DNA of 64,000 nucleotides from Acidimicrobiales bacterium (GTDB lineage Bacteria; Actinomycetota; Acidimicrobiia; Acidimicrobiales; CATQHL01): NCBI GenBank assembly GCA_965242895.1, contig OZ251507.1, positions 1,433,884 to 1,497,883 of the forward strand, read 5' to 3'. Shown piece by piece: positions 60,376 to 64,000 of this stretch (position 1 is its first letter; each line of letters starts with the position of its first letter). The notes under the pieces were generated by a model. It saw only the letters and a program-made list of their open reading frames with translations, ran no database searches and was not told where the DNA came from. The position numbers and the translations under genes were made by a program.

Positions 60376-61869
60376 CTAGAGGGGGCGCTTTTTTCTCAAG
60401 GTCAGCGCCCATGGGACAATCACAGCGGCCGCAGCTAGGAGGAGCATGGGCAGCGGACCTGCTCGGACTGCCCAGGTTGTTCCAGAACGGAGTTCGACCT
60501 CTGCAAAGAGCACCGCCTGCTCGCTCACCCCTGTGCGCTGAAGCACCTCACCTGAGGGGTTGACGACTGCGCTGAAGCCGGTGGGCGCCGCTTGCAGCAC
60601 CCACCGTCCGGTTTCGATGGCCCTCAGGCGTGACGACGCCACCTGCTGGGATTGCACGATTGTGAGCCAGTAAGAGGAGCCGTTGGTGGGGTTCAGCAGC
60701 AATTCGCCTCCGTTCCTCACTGCGTGGAGCGCCCTGTCCTCAAAGAAGATCTCCCACGAGATCAAGATCCCTATTCGACCGAGGTCGGTGTCGAGGACGG
60801 CGGGTTCTATCCCGGCGCGTGCTTCCGAGGAGGGCAGAGCGCCTCCCGCGAAACGTTCGATTAAGGGACGGAGCGGTACATATTCACCGAAGGGCACGCG
60901 GCGTACCTTGTCGTAACGGTCGACTGCATCCCCGTCGGGTGAGATCGCCAGTGAAAAATTGGCGAACTCATTGGGTCCGGTGTCTTCCACTATGCCCGGG
61001 ATGAACCAGGCGCGATGCCGCCGGGCGACTTCCGCTAGTTCACCTAGTTCGCTGCTGTTCGACAGGGAGCCGTCCACGTTGACGACGTTTTCAGGCCAGA
61101 GGATCATGTCCACCCGTTGATCGATGGAAGCAGTGGCTTGGAGGTGGCGGCGCAGCACGTCTTTGAAGTCGGTGTCTGCTGCCCTGGTGCGCTGAGGGCC
61201 GCCCCCTTGCACTACAGCTGCCCGTAGCTTGTCGGGATTCTCGGCTCCGGAAGCTCCGTTGGGGGCGATCACGGCCAGTACAAGAGCCGTCCCCACCAGA
61301 CAGGCGCCGCGCAAGGCGCCGAGCCAAGCCTTGCTCGCCAGGGCGGAAAGCGTGACACCGGCCACGCTCACAAGAGCGACTATCAGCAGAGGCCCCAGGA
61401 CTCTGCCGGTATCCGCCAGCGGGGCGTCGGCTTGGCTATGAGCCAAAGTTGCGAGAGGCACTCCGCCGAATGGCCAGCGCCAGCGCAGATAACCGATCAG
61501 AATCAGCCACCCCGGCAAGGCCACCCGCCGCAGTTTCGTAGGAGGCGTCAGGGCGCAGGCCGCACCGTAAAAGAACGAGTAGGAAAGGTTGGCAGCGAAG
61601 TAGCCGATGGGGGAGAAGTCAAACATCCAGAAGGTGGCTCCCAAGAGCCAAGTTCCTGTGACCATCCAGCCGCGTCTAAAGCGTGCGATTGCGCTTTGGC
61701 TGGCCAGAAGGCGGTCGAGTCCGGCGACACCAAGGAAGGCGAGAGGCCAGAATCCCCAGGGGGGCATGGACAAACAGAACATCCCGCCCGTGAAAAGGCA
61801 GCCCACGGCAATTCCCGCTCGACGTTTCAACTGGCCCCCTAGGAGCCCCTTAGGAGCGATTTTCGGCAC
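60376..61869 (-). CDS. lnt: Apolipoprotein N-acyltransferase
   Basis: Multi-TM N-domain plus a CN-hydrolase domain (ILWPE, ILISWEIFF). Confidence 0.85.
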   Translation of the reverse strand: MPKIAPKGLLGGQLKRRAGIAVGCLFTGGMFCLSMPPWGFWPLAFLGVAGLDRLLASQSAIARFRRGWMVTGTWLLGATFWMFDFSPIGYFAANLSYSFFYGAACALTPPTKLRRVALPGWLILIGYLRWRWPFGGVPLATLAHSQADAPLADTGRVLGPLLIVALVSVAGVTLSALASKAWLGALRGACLVGTALVLAVIAPNGASGAENPDKLRAAVVQGGGPQRTRAADTDFKDVLRRHLQATASIDQRVDMILWPENVVNVDGSLSNSSELGELAEVARRHRAWFIPGIVEDTGPNEFANFSLAISPDGDAVDRYDKVRRVPFGEYVPLRPLIERFAGGALPSSEARAGIEPAVLDTDLGRIGILISWEIFFEDRALHAVRNGGELLLNPTNGSSYWLTIVQSQQVASSRLRAIETGRWVLQAAPTGFSAVVNPSGEVLQRTGVSEQAVLFAEVELRSGTTWAVRAGPLPMLLLAAAAVIVPWALTLRKKRPL

Positions 61870-61886
61870 GGATCCTCTTTGATCCG

Positions 61887-63293
61887 TCAGCTAGGGCTGC
61901 ACCAATCGAGGGCGTCTGCAGCGGCTTTCCGTCCGTGCTTAACGCAAGCTTCGATTCCTATACCTCGGTACGCGGACCCGGCCGGGAACACGCCTGCGGC
62001 TTGCAGTTCCCTCTCCACCCGTTCCACGCGGTCGATATGTCCCACTTCGTACTGCGGGAAGGCGTTTGGCCAGCGAGAAATGCGCACGACCTCGGGTGCG
62101 GCCTCTATCCCCATCGTCGCTCGAAGGTCGTTGCGCGCTCTGATCAGTAGTTCCTCCTCGGGCAGGAAAGCCTCTCCGAGGTCGTCCCGACGCCCAACCG
62201 AGGCTCGCAGAATGGTGTTCCCCTTCCCGAGATGCGGCCACTTGAGCGACGTCTGTGAACAGGCGGTTATGGTCAGGTTTTCAGAGCGGGGTACCACGAA
62301 ACCGCTGATTTCGGGCATCCTCGGCAGGCGTTTCGGGTTGTAAGACAGAGTCAGGATGGCCACCGAAGCCGCCCGAATGCGATTCAGGATCTCCCGAGAT
62401 TCTGGCGCCCAACCTCCGATCAGTCCGCCTGAGGCGTCTGCTCCGGTGCATAACACCACTGCGTCGCAGGCGATCAGGCCGTTTGCAGTTTCCACGCCGG
62501 TCACCCGCGGGGAACTGCCCGCTCGCACGTGAATGGCCGCGGCCCCCTCGACCGTTCGAATCGCGTTTCCAAGCCGCTCGGAGAGCGCTCTAGGAAGGCG
62601 TTCCATTCCGCCGCGCAGGCTGCGGAAGGAAGGCGCTGCGCCGCCTGCGTGTACGCGCAGGGCGCGGATCAAGCTCCCCCCCGATCTCGCTGCTGCGGCC
62701 ATCTGCGGGGTCAGGGCTTGCGCACTCAGTCGGTCGTAGTCGCCTGCGCTGATGGTGCTCACCATCGGCCCGACTAGCCGTTCGGTCACTTCGTCGTTCA
62801 ATCTTGAGCGGATCAGCGCTCCGACGCTTCTGTCGCCACCCTCGTTTGCAGCTTCTTGACCTGGATTCCTCAGCGCGTCGGGACGCTTCAGATCGGCCAT
62901 CAGTCCCTTAATCGCTTCGGGCGACAGCAGACCGTCTTCCAGTTCTTGTGGATACAGAGGCACTCCGAGGAAATGAGAGCGGGGCAGCCGTTTCAGCTGT
63001 CCGTCGAGAAATATCGAGACCCCCCTGACGGCGGGGGTGACGATCTCGGAGTTCAGCTCAAGCTCCTTACAGAGTTCGCTCATCACGTTCTCTCGTTCCA
63101 AGAAAGAGTCGGCGGCTTCGTCGACCTCTAGCCCTTCGAGTGTCGAAGTTCTGACGCATCCGCCGCTGCGGCGGCTGCCTTCCAGGATCGTGAGATCGCA
63201 ATCGGGGGCTGATCGGCTGATCTCCCACCCAGCGGCCAAGCCGGTGATACCTGCACCCACCACGCAGATGCTCGGCGGGCGGGTTCTTCCCAT
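61887..63293 (-). CDS. hemY: Protoporphyrinogen/coproporphyrinogen III oxidase (FAD-dependent, HemY/CgoX)
   Basis: ICVVGAGITGLAAG dinucleotide-binding motif. It sits directly after hemE. Confidence 0.85.
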   Translation of the reverse strand: MGRTRPPSICVVGAGITGLAAGWEISRSAPDCDLTILEGSRRSGGCVRTSTLEGLEVDEAADSFLERENVMSELCKELELNSEIVTPAVRGVSIFLDGQLKRLPRSHFLGVPLYPQELEDGLLSPEAIKGLMADLKRPDALRNPGQEAANEGGDRSVGALIRSRLNDEVTERLVGPMVSTISAGDYDRLSAQALTPQMAAAARSGGSLIRALRVHAGGAAPSFRSLRGGMERLPRALSERLGNAIRTVEGAAAIHVRAGSSPRVTGVETANGLIACDAVVLCTGADASGGLIGGWAPESREILNRIRAASVAILTLSYNPKRLPRMPEISGFVVPRSENLTITACSQTSLKWPHLGKGNTILRASVGRRDDLGEAFLPEEELLIRARNDLRATMGIEAAPEVVRISRWPNAFPQYEVGHIDRVERVERELQAAGVFPAGSAYRGIGIEACVKHGRKAAADALDWCSPS

Positions 63294-64000
63294 TACGCGA
63301 CTCGTGCGGGGTCGGTGCCTTGTTCAGATGAGGGGCTGCTTCCTTCGCTATGAACGAGTTCTACGATCCTCCGTAGGATTCCCGGGTCGGTCTCCGGCAG
63401 AACTCCGTGCCCCAGGTTGAAAATGAAACCCGCCTGCCCGTCGTTCCTGTCGAGGATCTCAAGGACTTCTCGTGTCGCTGTCTCTGGGGGGGCGAGACAG
63501 ACGGCAGGATCCAGATTGCCTTGAACGGCCACCGAAGGCCCGAGCCGCCGACGCCCTTCGTCGAGCGGGATCCGCCAGTCGAGCCCTATCACGTCGGAAC
63601 GTAATTCGGCCATTTGCTCAAGCAGGTGAGCCGTTCCCAGACCGAACAGGATTGTGGGTACGCCAAGGCGTCCAGCGGCTTCGAGCACCTTGCGGCAGGC
63701 TGGGGCGGCGTATCTGCGGTAGTGGTCGGGTCCCAGAAATCCAGCCCAACTGTCGAAGATCTGCAAGGCGTCGACCCCGGCGGACACCTGGGATTCCAGC
63801 GAGGCCGCGACCAGGTCGGCGAGACGATCCATGAGGTCCCCCCAGAGCGCCTCTTCGTTCAGCATCATGGCCTTGGTGCGGTGATGACGGGTTGAAGGCC
63901 CGCCTTCTATCAGGTAGCTGGCCAGCGTGTACGGTCCCCCTGCGAACCCTATGAGGGGGACGTCTAGTTCGCTGGTGAGGCAGCGTATGGCCTCGCTCAC
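63293..64000 (-). CDS. hemE: Uroporphyrinogen decarboxylase (C-terminal part; 5' end off the window)
   Basis: LIGFAGGPYTLASYLIEGG, FDSWAG and IFNLGHG. Confidence 0.9.
   Translation of the reverse strand: MSEAIRCLTSELDVPLIGFAGGPYTLASYLIEGGPSTRHHRTKAMMLNEEALWGDLMDRLADLVAASLESQVSAGVDALQIFDSWAGFLGPDHYRRYAAPACRKVLEAAGRLGVPTILFGLGTAHLLEQMAELRSDVIGLDWRIPLDEGRRRLGPSVAVQGNLDPAVCLAPPETATREVLEILDRNDGQAGFIFNLGHGVLPETDPGILRRIVELVHSEGSSPSSEQGTDPARVA

Overview
High-GC actinobacterial chromosomal segment, mostly core genes. The gene order resembles the mycobacterial topA/tmk/holB and tilS/fol/pan/lysS neighbourhoods.

Contents in order:
- Fe-S carrier genes (mrp, hesB-type) and a compact xanthine-dehydrogenase-family fusion.
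- glnA, nadE, a sigma-70 factor and a candidate tRNA-Sec(UCA).
- A Tad/Flp pilus cluster of the 'helicase/secretion neighbourhood' type (CpaE-like, CpaF, TadB, TadC, pilin-like, TadE-like).
- An RsbW-like kinase, nhaA, topA, an MFS transporter, tmk, holB and tRNA-Thr(CGU).
- About 9.7 kb of compositionally aberrant DNA encoding three exported proteins (described below).
- sigH/rshA, a DUF2342 metalloprotease, tilS, a divergent DHPS-like gene, folK, a panC-lysS fusion ORF, coaX and hemQ.
- A liv-type ABC transporter with two binding proteins, and amtB directly followed by glnD with no glnK.
- NUDIX, PAC2, GNAT and a GtrA/methyltransferase/prenyltransferase-like/GT4 envelope module.
- lnt, hemY and a partial hemE.

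No CRISPR array, integrase or transposase was seen.

The most interesting region is 22.7-32.4 kb, next to tRNA-Thr. It encodes an orphan binding-protein lipoprotein, a roughly 1800-aa protein of FN3 domains, Cys hairpins and a metzincin domain, and a 14-repeat RCC1-like lipoprotein. A 16-G homopolymer separates the giant protein's signal peptide from its body by one frame. This could be phase variation or a homopolymer sequencing error. All three genes show an extreme G+T skew that decays from 5' to 3'.
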